Source of the DNA: Eledone cirrhosa
Lineage: Eukaryota
Assembly (NCBI GenBank): GCA_964016885.1
Contig: OZ024750.1
Location: 1,054,001 to 1,118,000, forward strand
Length of the DNA: 64,000 nt
Direction: 5' to 3'
Positions 15,427-31,038 of the stretch are shown here, in pieces. A program made the translations under genes and the position numbers. Below the pieces are notes generated by a model, which saw nothing but the letters and a program-made list of their open reading frames with translations, had not been told where the DNA came from and did no database searches. How positions within the stretch are numbered: position 1 is the first letter of the stretch; every line of letters begins with the position of its first letter.

Positions 15427-18205
15427 CATATGTATGTGTATATATATATATCATATGTAATCTGTAAGATTTATTTACATTTCCATTACTAATTTAGTGC
15501 TAGCGATTCTTCTTGTGAGTTTGAGAGAAAATAATATATTTCTTCTAGAATGTTACATGTATATTGTACAGATGTGTGCATATAGTGAATCTTGAAATTT
15601 TTCTCAAGTGGCTGCCTGAAATATTACCTAAAATGTAATATTTATGTATCAGGCCGTAAGTTTAGTAGAAGGAAAGAAATACTTTAGTTCTTAGAACGCT
15701 GAAGGTTAGACTGAATGTTACTAATATATGTTGGTAATGTAGGTTGTGAGGTTAGCCGAAAGAATAGACACCACATACATATATATAAATGTAGACACAC
15801 ACACACACGCACACACACACGATAAAAAGGTAAAGTTTGTCTAAAGCTCATCAGAAACGGGGTTGCCCCGGTTATATTAGTGATAAGCAACTAAAATTAC
15901 AATACACCCCACTGGACAGGACGCTCGTCCATCGCAGGATTATCTGTGAAACATTGCAAATAAGGCCAACTCCCTCTCTACACGGACCGCCAAGCAGGAT
16001 ACTCTACATGGTTACGTAGACTGCTAAATAGCAGCGAAATCTCCATCAAATAAAACAACCAGCTTAAGAAAGACAGGATCGTTTAGATAATGCAGGGCTC
16101 AATACACAATGTATATATGAATAAAAGACATGATGATCACGGATGGAGCGACGACTAGACAACAATATCGAGGACTTGACCATACACAAATAACTGTGAA
16201 TACTAAGAATTAGATAACGATTTTGTAAAAGCGATGTGCGTTTTCCTCTTAAGCCCTTCAATGTCTGCAGAGGAACACAATTTCGGTCACTTTATGATTC
16301 TTATCTGATCAATACCAAATATATCAATCCCTAAACACTTCAAGCTCGCAATCATGGAAATATTTCAATTACGATGCATAATTTGATAATGTAGCTAATT
16401 AAATGTAGCTTAGTTGCAACTAACTATAATGTAAATTATGCATGTATAAACAGATAGACGTGCTGAAACATTAAATGTTTCCATTCCTATATTGAAACAT
16501 TTAATATATTTCTGAGGAATCTAATAGGCTAACGTACACATTGTCATAGAGAAGATCATGTATCTACAACAACAAACTATTACAGTGTATCACACAACAA
16601 CAATAAGAAACCGAGATAGGAAAACATTATTGTGAAACCCAAATGATGTTATATTGAATAAATTCTCCTCAAGCGAGAAGAGAGGTGACTGCTTCAGTCA
16701 TTAGAACTATACAACAAAGTTGAATAAGAAACGTTAAAGTAACATATTGACATATGACACCTATGACCAGACTATCGCAACCACTAATGGAAGACTGATG
16801 TAAATAGTTGGACATTTAAAACACGAAGACGGTCAATGAGAAACAGCTGCAATACTTGTCTTTCAGTCTGTTGAAGTAAGATCATTACCAGTAATATATT
16901 TCATGGTACATAGGAACTCCGGCTATATAGGAGACCCGGGTATATAAGAGTATTGTGTATATATATCTGTATTGGTATATAAGACATCGACTTTTCCCTC
17001 CCCATAGGAGTTATGGGTATATAACATATTTAAAGTAGGAGAAAGTACATACCTGATGGTATATAGGCACTCCAGATATTTAGGAACACCGGGTATATAA
17101 ACCATTTCTGTATTAAAACATGTATTGAGTACCTTACTTACTGTGGTTACCCCCGATTGAACCCGGCTCTCTCTCTCTCACACACACACACACATATATA
17201 TATATACATATATTAACATGTATGTATATATATATATATATACATACATACATATAAATATATACGCACATATATACACATATGTACGATCACACATACG
17301 CACACACAAACACACACACATATACACATACACACTCATATGTTTTGATAATATATTTGTATACACAGAAAATGCTAAATAAACTTGAAATATATTTATA
17401 TATTTACCGATCGAAAGTTTTCTATATAATGACTATTTAATGGTGTGATTCTAGAAATAGAAATCTTTTGCTTTGGCTAAACTCTAATCTTCTTCGAAAT
17501 ATTTCTGCTCTGTGTCATTATATTTCCATTATATTGCCTTTCTATTAGAATTCCTTTTCCTCTTTCTATTCCTGAACATAGCCGTATTCTCTTTGATGGA
17601 CATTTTCCGTATTTTTTCTTCTTTATCTAATACCTTAGAAGAATGTGTTCCTCTGACAGAGGAAACATTACTACCAACATATTGGCGATGACATACATTT
17701 CTCAGAAATAATACCAGAGCAACAAGGCTAATCTAAATCTACTCTTAATATTTTCCAAAGATCCCCAATATTTCTGATCTGACTCAGTCACTAATACCAT
17801 ATATGGATGTGTGTCCTGGAATGTGAACAATTCATTTCTGAATATTAAAGTCATTTTATTAATTTAAGAAATATGTTCTAAATTAATCCACATAGGAATA
17901 TATAATTGCTATTGGAACCGAACACAAGGGGATTCGATTTAAACGCGGACTTCTACTTAGTGCTAAATCGCTCCTTTTACTTTAAATACAAATCTCGTTG
18001 TTGTGATTTTATTTCCCCGCAATCAAGCAACTGTAAAATCGTTGGCCCACTGTCAACCATAATTAGGTCGTGTCTGAGTTATTTGTCATCGGAATAAAAC
18101 TGTACAAGACTCAACTATAAGATATGAGTCTAATAAATACCCTTCTTCCTTTCTTTTTTTCTTAGTGAGTCAACAGAGTGTCTGTGAAAGGATTAGTAGG
18201 AAAAC

Positions 18206-18286
<81 letters not shown>

Positions 18287-18462
18287 AAGCCCAGCAGCAC
18301 TGAACTGGTTTATCGACCACAAAAGGATGAAAAGCTAAATTGATCTCAATGGTATTTAGTATTTCTATGGATTTTTTCCTTCTTAAAAGCATCAGTTCTA
18401 TAATAATTGTTTCTGACAGACATAATGTACAGAGTCAGAACATTGTATCCGGCGTTCTAAGA

Positions 18463-18604
18463 CAGGATTTCCAAACTTCTGTCAACACGGAACCCTTTTT
18501 GGTTTAGAAATACTGTTATAGGTCGTAATATAGATATACTCCTCTACCCTTTTTTTCACATAATCCCAAACATTCCTTTTCGGGACCCGCTTTGGGAAGC
18601 ACTG
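18463..18604. mobile_element. hAT (Charlie-like) MITE inserted in a SINE remnant
   Basis: Termini caggatttccaaa / tttgggaagcactg; 8-bp TSD ttctaaga (18455-62) / ttctagga (18605-12). Confidence 0.7.
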
Positions 18605-18982
18605 TTCTAGGAATTCTGCCAGTTTCCCGCCCATCATAAACTATGTTACATCTAAACTAAAGCGAAAATAGGAGTTATGCTCGACTGTTTACACAATTAC
18701 GTAACCACATCGTTCTCAAAGTGTATGGACTAAAGTTTGCTATATTCTCATTGAATCTGACGGTAACCTATATCCAGCTAATGTACCTTATCTGACTTCT
18801 ATGTAAACACATCTGTCTAGTTTCCTGTAAAACAGCCGGTAAATATTTCTTCGCGAGTGTCCTGAAGTTTTATGTAACATAAGATATGTTTGAAATATGT
18901 GATATTTCAAACATATCTTATAATAAAACAAACTTGCTCTCACTAATGTCGAGGGTTATGTTGTCAATGTAGTTGCCTAATG

Positions 18983-19081
18983 TATGAGGGTCGACTGAGA
19001 AGTTCATAGACTGACTATGAAGGAGTGATCTCATTCCATGAGAACATCTTGGTCAGTCTATCAACTTTTCAACCTACCTCG

Positions 19082-19083
<2 letters not shown>
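18983..19083 (+). mobile_element. Mariner-type MITE family M, internally deleted
   Basis: Both inverted termini are kept and about 100 bp of the interior is missing. Confidence 0.8.
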
Positions 19084-19135
<52 letters not shown>

Positions 19136-19139
<4 letters not shown>

Positions 19140-19281
19140 TTCTGAGTTCAAATATCACTGAGGTTAGCTTTGTCTTATGGGGTCGATAAAATAAAGTACC
19201 AGTAACGCACTTGGGTCGATTTATTCGACTTTCCCCGCCCCTAAAACTGTTGACTTTGTGTCTAAATCAGAAACCATTATA
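19136..19281 (+). mobile_element. SINE family A (long variant, 5' truncated)
   Basis: ttctgagttcaaat...gggtcgataaaataaagtaccagtaacgcacttgggtcgatttattcgac. Confidence 0.85.
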
Positions 19282-19739
19282 ACGGTAGATAGATATAGGA
19301 TTTTCTTAGTTGAAGACTACGCTTAAAGGAATATACTCGACACATGTTTATTGTCGTTAAGTGAGACTTTCCTTCTTCATTTCCTGTATTTTCATATATT
19401 GTTTATGGGAAAATACAAGTAGATGTTATCCGATTTCTCTTACCTTTTCGAAAAACATGCAAATTACGTCAACAGTGCAAATATCGCTGAAAATCTCGCA
19501 GCTTGGCCACCATTGTTTTGTTAAGTGGTTTTCAATTTAAAGTGTATTGAAATTATGTTTTATTAATCGGGATACAATGCCAAGAATTTGTTTGTATGTA
19601 TGAAAATATGTATGTATGTATATATCTATCTATCTATCTATTTATCAATATATACTCACATACTCACGCACATGTATATACACACTCACACACACACATA
19701 TATATATACACAGAGAGAGAAAGAGAGAGAGAGAGAAGC

Positions 19740-21545
<1,806 letters not shown>

Positions 21546-22850
21546 CGACATGCTTTTTTGTTTTTGACTTTAACAGAAGTGTGTTGCTGTCGTTATTTCC
21601 CGCCTCTGGAATATATCCGTTAAACCACGTGACATGTTACACTAGACATTTGGAAGAGCAGCAAGTAGTCGTTATTTGCGCTATATAACCTTTTCATAAA
21701 CTATTTCATATTTCACACACATACATATACAGGCACTCACGTATACACGCAGAAACACGCACACATTGATGTAGACACACACACACAAACACACATACTC
21801 TAATGCTCTCACATTTATATAGACACATATACATATAGACATATGCATGAACATCAATCACTCACAAACACACACAGACACACACAGGTATATAAACATC
21901 TGCACTCGAAAACATACATACATTTAAACGCATATATATATATCGTATATATATATATATAATTATACACATACACATGCTTGGTACCTAATCAATTGTA
22001 TTATATTTTGCTGATATCCAATCTTCCATGGACCCCCAAGAAGACCAACGAGGTGTTGATTGAAAAATATCAGTGACTGAATATAAAGGAAGATTATGGA
22101 AAAACTGAGGTTGGCTGATGACCAAAAGAGAGGGAGAGCTTATGTCATAACTCAATGTTATAGCCAAGAGAACCAGTAAATGTATTTACGTTGATTGAAT
22201 TAACAGTCAATTCATTGATGACACAAATGACGTCAATGAGAAGACAGATATTTTTATTAACTATGACAAACAACTAGTAGTATGTTGGTTTACCGCCAGT
22301 CTAAGGTTTGACAGTACGGCTGTTGCAACTAGTATTAATCTGTCTTTATAGACGAAACCATGAAAACTATCAACGCGTCGACGAAGGAAACCCAACTTGC
22401 TAGAAATAGCAGTCAAACTCCCATTAATTAAACACTGCCATCTTAAAATCTAAAAAAAACCCCAAAAAGCGGGAGGTACATATTATATAATCCATATCCA
22501 TGTACTGCCACAATTACGGAGTGGTCACGGCTGGAATGCTATTGATCATATGTTTGCTAAATCAAGCTTGGCATGTAGCTAATCGAACAACTTAGACAGC
22601 TAATCTAGTTTTCCTTTCACCTCCTCCAACTAAGAACCCTCTTTGTCACACAAACGAGTGATAGCAAGTGTCTTTCTAACCTCACTAGTTATATATCTTA
22701 CTAGTAGTTAGTTTTCCGACCAACACTAATTTCCTCGGACCACCACTAATCTCTTTAGATGACCGCTAGTGTAACTGGAACATGATTAGTTTCCACGGAT
22801 CATCAATAGTTTCCTTGGACGACAAGAACAACACCAAGAGCAAGCTTCCT

Positions 22851-23280
22851 AAATTTATGACTTGCCAGGAATAGCAACAAAGTCTCTCCCTAATTTATGA
22901 CCTGCTAGTAATACCAACAAAGTCTATCCCTAATGTATGACCTGCTAGTAATACCAACAAAGTCTCTCCCTAATTTATGACCTGCTAGTAATACCAACAA
23001 AGTCTCTCCCTAATTTATGACCTGCTAGTAATACCAACAAAGTCTCTCCCTAATTTATGACCTGCTAGTAATACCAACAAAGTCTCTCCCTAATTTATGA
23101 CCTGCTAGTAATACCAACAAAGTCTCTCCCTAATTTATGACCTGCTAGTAATACCAACAAAGTCTCTCCCTAATTTATGACCTGCTAGTAATACCAACAA
23201 AGTCTCTCCCTAATTTATGACCTGCTAGTCATACCAACAAAGTCTCTCCCTAATTTATGACCTGCTAGTCATACCAACAT
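22851..23280. repeat. 40-bp minisatellite, about 10.75 units
   Basis: The unit taatttatgacctgctagtaataccaacaaagtctctccc repeats with an exact 40-bp period. Confidence 0.97.
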
Positions 23281-24529
23281 TTCGCTCCAAACTCACCTTA
23301 CCGTTTCTCTTCATTTATTTACATTCTTTTTCTAAAGGAAGGACTCATTGCACAAAACAGTCTGAGACAAAAAAAAAAAAAAAGCAGCTAAGTCTAAAAA
23401 GATCATAGCTAAGATACCTTTGATCATAAATTCAGTTAAATTAGACAAGCCTAGCCATGATAACATCAACAAGTGAACTTTCGCCTACAGTATTTGAGAG
23501 AAAGATAATAACTAAAAAAAAAAAAAAGATTAAAAGACCCCACAATATTTACGGTTCTAGATTGAATCTTGTTTCGGTGGAGACAGAATCTTCGTCAGTC
23601 GTGATTTGGGCTCATTTTGTTGACATTTATTAATATAGTACGAATTGAATACACCATTCTTCCTTGATTAATTTCGTCACTGCTAAATTATTAATCTTTT
23701 AACCTTACCCGTCCCTCTCATCAGATCTCTTAGTTCACCTAATTAGTTTCTTGTTATGAGTTTAGGCAGCAACTCTCTCTCTCTCCCCCTCTCTCTTTCT
23801 TATTCTCGTTCCGTTTCGATTTAAAAACTTTTACAGTGTATATTTACTGGTAACCAAGGTGATATTTAACATAACAAGTCTTATTTGGATCCAGGCTTGT
23901 ATTGATAACGCTTAGCAAAGGTTACATAAGAAAGCGAGCGAGAAGATGAGAAAAAACGAGAAATGCAAGAGAGAGAAAGAGAGAAGGAGAGAGAGAAGAG
24001 AGAAAGAGTGGGAACATTAATGAGAGAGACATAAAGTGTGAGAAGTTGAGAAAAATATATAACGATAAAACAGATTAATATATATATATATATACATCTC
24101 TCTCCCTCTCTCTCTATCGTTCTCTCTCTCTATCTCTTGCTCTCTCTCTCTGTATGTATGTATAGATTTAATGTCGCCAGAAGAAGGGAGAGAGACGAGC
24201 GTGATTTCATAATTGGACAATAATTACTCATCTTTCTCAAATTTAATGATACGTTTTATGTGGTTTCATGTGAAGTTTAAATGGTTTCATTAGAAACAGA
24301 GTTTTGCCAGTTAATATCTATTTAGATCTGGAAGTGGTTCTGTTTAAGATAATATTCAATGTTGAAATATAAATTAAATACAAAGTATATATACAAAGTA
24401 TATATACAAAGTATATATACAAAGTATATATACAAAGTATATACACAAATTGAAAATTTAAATGTATTTCAATTATCACATAATTCTGATCTGGAATAAA
24501 CATTATATGATTCTTATGAAATTTATATT

Positions 24530-24835
24530 ATGGTGGTGGTGGTGGTGTTGGTGGTGATGGTGGTGGTGGTGGGGGTGATGGTGGTGGGGGTTGTGGTGGT
24601 GGTGGTGGTGGTGGGGGTGATGGTGGTGGGGGTTGTGGTGGTGGTGATAGTGATGGTGATAGTGGTTGTGGTGATAGTGGTGGGGGTTGTGGTGGTGGTG
24701 ATAGTGATGGTGATAGTGGTGGGGGTGATGGTGGTGGGGGTTGTGGTGGTGGTGATAGTGATGGTGATAGTGGTGGTGGTGATAGTGATGGTGATAGTGG
24801 TGGGGGTGGTGGGGGTTGTGGTGATGGTTGGGGTC
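24530..24835. repeat. (GGT)/(GAT)-rich low-complexity tract
   Basis: Read directly; a mirror-type (CAC/CAT) tract lies at 40980-41165. Confidence 0.9.
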
Positions 24836-24922
24836 AGACATCTGAAGAGGAGGAAGAGCAGCACCCAAAATATTCTCCAGAGATTCTCAGGTTAGTGAGG
24901 TCGATGGAGTTCATCTTCAATC

Positions 24923-25036
24923 AATTGCTACATGTAAGGATTGCTACATGTATGGATTGCTACATCTATGGATTGCTACATCTATGGATTGCTACATCTA
25001 TGGATTGCTACATCTATGGATTGCTACATGTATGGA
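24923..25036. repeat. 16-bp minisatellite, about 7 units
   Basis: ggattgctacat(c/g)tat repeated. Confidence 0.92.
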
Positions 25037-26199
25037 AAACTAGTACTGAGTAACATTTTCAGTGGAGGGGGGGGGGGGATCTGGGAAAGAAGTTATGAAT
25101 ACAAAAAATAAAATAAAAACAAAATTGATGTTGGCTTTGTAGGGGCCAGGTAAAAGTATATTTCTTTTTTACTGTTTAATTAGAAAGAGAAGAATGTTAT
25201 CCTAGGGTCTAGGTAGTCAAAAGAAATCAATATTTTACAAGAGAGTGTAAATGATAGGGTTAAAGACTATGGAGATACCTATGTACTCTTATCTTAACTT
25301 CTATTTACCCCAACTTGCTTTCCTCCCAACTACGATCGATAAATCAAGTACAAGATTGGTTACAGTTAAAGAAAATCGAAGGTGAATGGTGTCAAATTCA
25401 TTGACTTTTTGAGGTAACAGTTTCGGTTGTCACTGTCTCGAGTTCACACGAATCATACAAGAAAGCACACACGACATAGGTTGGTAACCTATCACATAAA
25501 AGAAAATATCTCCCCAAAACGAACAAAACCTCTCAGCTGTCCCCGAATATTTGGAAAAGATTCAGGTTTATGAGTTTGCAAATGCATGAGAGAATATATT
25601 ATATAAAAGATATATATTTATAAATGTGGGTTTCTTTTGGAATAGTCTCAGAAGTCTTATATTTTAGTGGAAGCTAGACATGAGTGTGGGACTTTCATGC
25701 TTTACCTAAATGCCTATGTGAACCGGCATTAAGCAGGAATTTAAACCGAGTGGCAGTCTTTAACACCTCTATCCAACAAAAGGTCACAGGTTTACTGTAA
25801 AGTATTTATTTCTTTCCCAAGAACATTGAAAAAGTAACTTGAGTGAAGCGAATTATATTCAAACTGGAATTGAAATCCCGTCGAGGTTTCAACATGCCGA
25901 ATTCTTCTTACTGTAATAGATCACCACTAAAACTAAAACAGTTTATTCAAGTTCTTTACATAAACATGCGATCTCAAATTTTGTTTCAGATTGTATGTTA
26001 TTTATGCAATTCCTCAGAGCTTTAATGTTATAAGTAAAGGGAAAGTTCTATAAATAGGAATAAAATATCGCGGTGTCATGGATTAGAAACAATTTTCGGC
26101 GCTCTTGAGTTTAGGGAAGAATGATTTCTACTTATTTACGAATTTTAATGGGTTTAAACAGAAACTTATTCTTTCTAAGTCATTCTAAATCCTTCAGAC

Positions 26200-26343
26200 C
26201 AGGCATAGACAACGTTTTTCAAGCAGTGGGCCGCAGAGAATATCTCATCTTATGGTGGGCCACACTACGAAAAAATTCAAGCCAGTTTTGAAATTAGGTG
26301 TGCCATTCAGAAAGCCAAACAGACCGTATTTTGCCCATGACTG
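26200..26343. mobile_element. hAT (Charlie-like) MITE
   Basis: Termini caggcatagacaa / ttgcccatgactg; 8-bp TSD cttcagac (26192-99) / ctttagac (26344-51). Confidence 0.72.
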
Positions 26344-26800
26344 CTTTAGACCAACACTCAGCTTTAATTTCTAAGTAAATCTCACACCATCCACTAAACT
26401 ACCACTGGTCTGTTGAAGATAGCTTCTCTCTAGAGAGAAACAGAATTCAGTATATCGTGTCAACAAACTTCAGTTCCTCAGTACTATATAGAGCGGCGAG
26501 GCGAACTATAGTTTCTGTGGGTATCTAATACAGCTATGTAGAATCAAACCTGACAACCTCTAAAAACCCAAACGGGGTGGACCATAAAAAGTTGCCCAAA
26601 ACGGGGAGAAATGAGGTAAAATAGGGAGATTTTTTACATAATGAAATCTACACCTATTTTCACAAAAGAATACATCTCTCTCCCACTCCAAAGTCGGTGA
26701 GAGATCTCTCCGTCAGACGGAGAGTTGACTGGTCTGTAGAGTTGGTATTTTAGAGTCAAGTGTCTTCACTATTCATACAACATAACTCTGACTACAATAT

Positions 26801-26990
26801 GGTGGATTGGCAGTATCGGTAGAGGGTCGGACGCCATGCTTTGACGCATAGCGTTACGGCCCTTGCCATTCTGAGTTCAAATCCCGCTGAGGTTAACTGT
26901 CTTTCATCCTTACGGGGTCGATAACATAAAGTACCAGTAATTCACTGGGTATTTGCTGGCCTTGTGCCAAAAGTAGAAACAATTATATTA
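26801..26990 (+). mobile_element. SINE family A, near full length (short variant)
   Basis: Head ggtggattggcagtatcggtag (A-box-like) and gagttcaaatccc (B-box), body ctttcatccttacggggtcgata, tail gtagaaacaattatatt. Confidence 0.9.
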
Positions 26991-27669
26991 TAACAATATG
27001 GTGTTTTTGTCTGATACTCCACCGACTCTCCTCTTCCTCTCCCAGCTTCCCTCTTTCACAAGAGTAAGAAGATAATTTATTAATGTCTGCATTCAACGTT
27101 ACTCTTGTCTTTCTTTCTTTCTTTCTCCTGTTTAGTTTTTAACTCGAAATTAAAGAACAAGTTATGTCTGACATATCCAATATAATGATCTATTTTCACA
27201 GTTGCTGTGCCAGGACAACTCACCATTTACCATTTTATTGCCTCCTACCAAACAAGAGTAAATCTTATTTTTATTATTTATTTATCATCGCCTCCATTAT
27301 TATTTATTAAACTTCTTCATTAGAGCGAATGTTTTTCTCTTATTTTTCTCTTTCAAATGTTATGAGAAATAAAACAGAACGCCGAGATTTACAACATACT
27401 AATTAATGTTATCTTCATTACTTTACAAATCTGACCTGCTTCGTCAATATCAATAAGATTAAGAAAAAAGAAAAGACCAATATATCATTAACATGGCAAC
27501 CTCTTCATTTTATTTCATTTGATAGGCCGCAATCATGGCTGTGTGGTTCAGGTGGTCAAGAATTCTAAGGCCAGTCTCATCTTAGATAACTATTAACCCC
27601 CCCCCCCCCCCTCAATTAAGTCCCCCACCCACCCTTCATTTATATTGTGTCAGCTCTTAAAACGTTAGT

Positions 27670-27708
27670 TCTTGTCTGATGACCCTGTGATAAACTGGCG
27701 AAACTCCA
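27670..27708 (+). ncRNA. Hammerhead-bearing repeat family H, 5' part (truncated at (TA)n)
   Basis: TCTTGT-CTGATGA-CCCTGTGATAAACTGGC-GAAA-CTCCA, then (TA)n. Confidence 0.65.
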
Positions 27709-27857
27709 TATATATATATATATATATATATATATCTATATATCTATATATATATATATATATATAGATATCTATATCTCTCTCTCTATATATATATATA
27801 GATATAGATATATAAAACGTTGGCCTTGTGCTTAAAGTAGAAACAATTATTATTATT

Positions 27858-28050
27858 ATGGCAGTATCGGTAGAGGGTCGGACGCCATGTTTTGTAGCAT
27901 AGAGTTACGGCCCTTTATGATCTGAGTGTCATCCTTACGGGGTAGATAAAATAAAGTACCAGTCACGGACTGGAGTAGATTTAATCGACTTTCCCCCTCC
28001 CCCCAAATTGCTGGCCTTGTGCCTGTATAAGAAACCATTATTATTATTAT
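27858..28050 (+). mobile_element. SINE family A (long variant)
   Basis: tggcagtatcggtagagggtcggacgccatg...gataaaataaagtaccag...gatttaatcgac...ggccttgtgcc with an (att)n tail. Confidence 0.88.
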
Positions 28051-28051
28051 T

Positions 28052-28725
28052 AGGTTTATTTTTCAATATAGTCACTGGAAAGAAACAATGCAGTTATTAA
28101 TAAAAAGAGTTGAAATTAATGCATGCAAGATTTCACAGCTTTAGCATCCTTCCTTTATAGTCAGCCTATAAATTGTTCAGCCCACTCCCGTATGTTTAAA
28201 ATTTCATTCTTGCTTCAATGGAATTCTCGAACAAGGAACCAACCTGTTTTGACATAAATTCCTTTACTAGGGCCGACTCATTTCCAGCGTTTCCGGCTCA
28301 AGTGGAATTCCAGCAAAACAGTTTTTACTTAGCCTTTTTATTTGTTCTATATATTACGAGGGTGGACTGAAAAGTTCATAGGCTGTCTATGAAGGAGTGA
28401 TGTTAGAGTTGTGAAATCTTGTATGCATTAATTTCAACTCTTCTTATTAACAACTACATATTATTAACTGCATGTTTCTTTCCAGGGACTATGTTGAGAA
28501 ATAAACCTTATTTCGTCATTCCATAAGAGTACCTTGGTCAGTCTATGAACTTTTCAGCCGAGCCTCATATATTGTAGTAATGCTAGAGCTGTGAAATCTT
28601 GTTAACAACTACATATTATTAACTGTATTATTTCCCTCCAGGGACTATGTTGAGAAATAAACCTCATTTGGTCATTCCATGAGAGTATCTTGGTCAGCCT
28701 ATGAACTATTCAGCTGTCCCTCATA
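28052..28725. mobile_element. Cluster of three mariner-type MITE family M copies: 28052-28192 (minus, partial), 28355-28569, and 28577-28725 (partial)
   Basis: Same body and termini as 6034-6428. Confidence 0.85.
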
Positions 28726-30197
28726 TATAAAGATATATTTAAAATTTCATTCTTGTTTCAATGAAATTCTTGAAGAAGGAATCATGGCCGGGTTTGACAT
28801 ATTTTTCCTGACTCATTTCAAACGTTTCCAATTCGAAACTCGAACAAAACTCTTATTACTCAGCTTTGTTGTTCTATATATTTTAGTGTGAGACTTTCTC
28901 TTTATAAATAAATCCGTCTGCGGAGTTGTTATTATTTTCCCGTTTATCTTTAAAGTTCGAACGTCTGTGTTTGAATGTTGAAATGTCATTATTTTCCTTT
29001 CTGTTTGTGTTATTTGAAATGTTATTGTTTTGTCGTGTTTTATCCTTGAAGGTATACTCAATGTTAGTTCGTTTGTGGTTAGTGTCTCCCCGCTACACCG
29101 GAGGAAGCCATATTGAAAATCTAATTTTTCCAATAACAATGATTTTTCAATTCGCACTTAATCTGTTGGTAGTGTTCTCATATTTCTTTTCTATTGGTTT
29201 GGTCTGTCTCAATTGATTTTCTAGTTTCTCTGAGACCTGTCAGATTGATGCAGCTAGTGTGTTTTTTAAATTTGATTTTAATTACAAGTTGACAGATTCG
29301 GAAAAAAATATGATAGAGGAAATCCAAAGGGAGGAAATTTGGCGGAAAGGAGAACTATACTTAATTGCGCCTGTGAACCAGGGCTGTGAAGGAGTGGACT
29401 CAATATAGGTGATGAAAGAAGCAGAGATGAGTGAGACGGGAGTACCTGAGAGGTGGTACAAGATCAACCATATTTGAGAAGCAAAGGTAATGTATGAGGG
29501 TTGGCTGAATCGTTCACAGGTTGACCAAGATACTTTCATGCAATGTCACCAAATGACGTATATTATTCTGAAGGACTGTAATGCAGATATCTAGTATTTT
29601 AAAACACTTTCTTATGTTCATCCTGCCTAAGAATTACTTACGTTAAGTGATTGTTTTTGCATGAGATGTAAGAAAGAGCAGTGGTTAAACTATTTCAAGT
29701 GAACACCTTTAGGAAAGACGAGCAAAGAGCGAGCTATTGAACGACTCGGTACAGTACACATACTCCGTCCGTATATCAATAGAATTAGCAAACATTTACA
29801 AAATAATAAATTAATTGAAACTCATTCAAAACTGCTGAAAATCCTGTGATGTAACTACGAGGCTTAATATCACAACGAGACTTCATACATATATGACTCT
29901 GTATACATATTTATCCATTACATGTTTTTGTTTACGAGTATTTCGACATTGCGTTTATGCAGGTAAACCAATTAAGAGCTTTTCAGCAACATTCCATTTA
30001 ATCGCATTCAGTATTCGATTAAGAATTAGTCATTAATTCTAGATATTTCTTAAAATCTTCTTTTAATACTTTACCCACCTTACCCACAGAAAAAAGAAAC
30101 GCGTGTTAATGTAGCTTAGTGTTCACCTTCATCATATACTGTATAAGAAATTCACGGACCACAAACACTTACCTTCTAGCACAAACGTATATACATG

Positions 30198-30236
<39 letters not shown>

Positions 30237-30244
30237 TATATATA

Positions 30245-30419
<175 letters not shown>

Positions 30420-30764
30420 ATGTATCATAATATATGTGTATTTACATGCAAATGTAAATAGACATTATATGGTAAAAGGATTCTTAAAACCTTCAATGTA
30501 TTTAATCTCTGAGCATCTTGTTTTTGTTTTTGTTAGTTTAACAACTTCAAACATTCAGAGTGTAACAGTCGTAATGTAGAAACGACCAAGTATGACATCG
30601 GATGGCAGTGGATGTCAGTGGATGACAGTGGATGACATTGGATAAGACAATATACAGTGTTATGTTTAATATTTATATTACTATAGATTTGTGTGAGTCC
30701 AAGCTACAGACAAAACAAACTACTGGAATGTCTTGCATATTATTCCAATACCATGAATGGCTTA

Positions 30765-30960
30765 TATATGTTTCTCTTTCTCTTAATTTCGAGTACATTT
30801 TTGACCGGCCACCTTCCTGGTGGCTGTCATCTCTTGAATCACAAGAATGTTTTGCAAATTTTGAAGGTGCCAGATATCGCAGCCATTTGTGGTTCATGAA
30901 TTAGGGAGCTTCGCTCTTTGTCCACAAATCTAAGTTCAGTCATACTTTGGTCCAAGCTTC
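30765..30960 (-). mobile_element. 3' end of a restriction-like-endonuclease (R4/Dong-like) non-LTR retrotransposon
   Basis: Minus strand translates as SLDQSMTELRFVDKERSSLIHEPQMAAISGTFKICKTFL*. The 3' UTR gccaccaggaaggtggccggtcaaaaa is shared with 54046-54100. Confidence 0.6.
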
Positions 30961-31038
30961 AAATATTATGCATGTATGTATGTATGTATGTATGTATGTA
31001 TGTATGTATGTATGTATGTATGTATGTATGTATGTATG

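Noticed and set aside
22851-23280. CRISPR-like appearance of the 40-bp array (also the 16-, 31- and 47-bp arrays)
   Set aside because: The units are head-to-tail with no unique spacers, there are no cas genes, and the context is eukaryotic.
24503-24895. His-rich and Thr-rich ORFs (also 40933-41434)
   Set aside because: They are trinucleotide low-complexity tracts without splice or compositional support.
26801-26890. tRNA gene
   Set aside because: The A/B-box-like motifs belong to the SINE head and there is no complete cloverleaf.
29282-29490. Possible exon (acceptor/donor-like sites on +; 85-aa ORF on -)
   Set aside because: All plus frames contain stops. The minus-strand SQPWFT looks like a decayed LINE fragment and the ORF start lies within a MITE piece.
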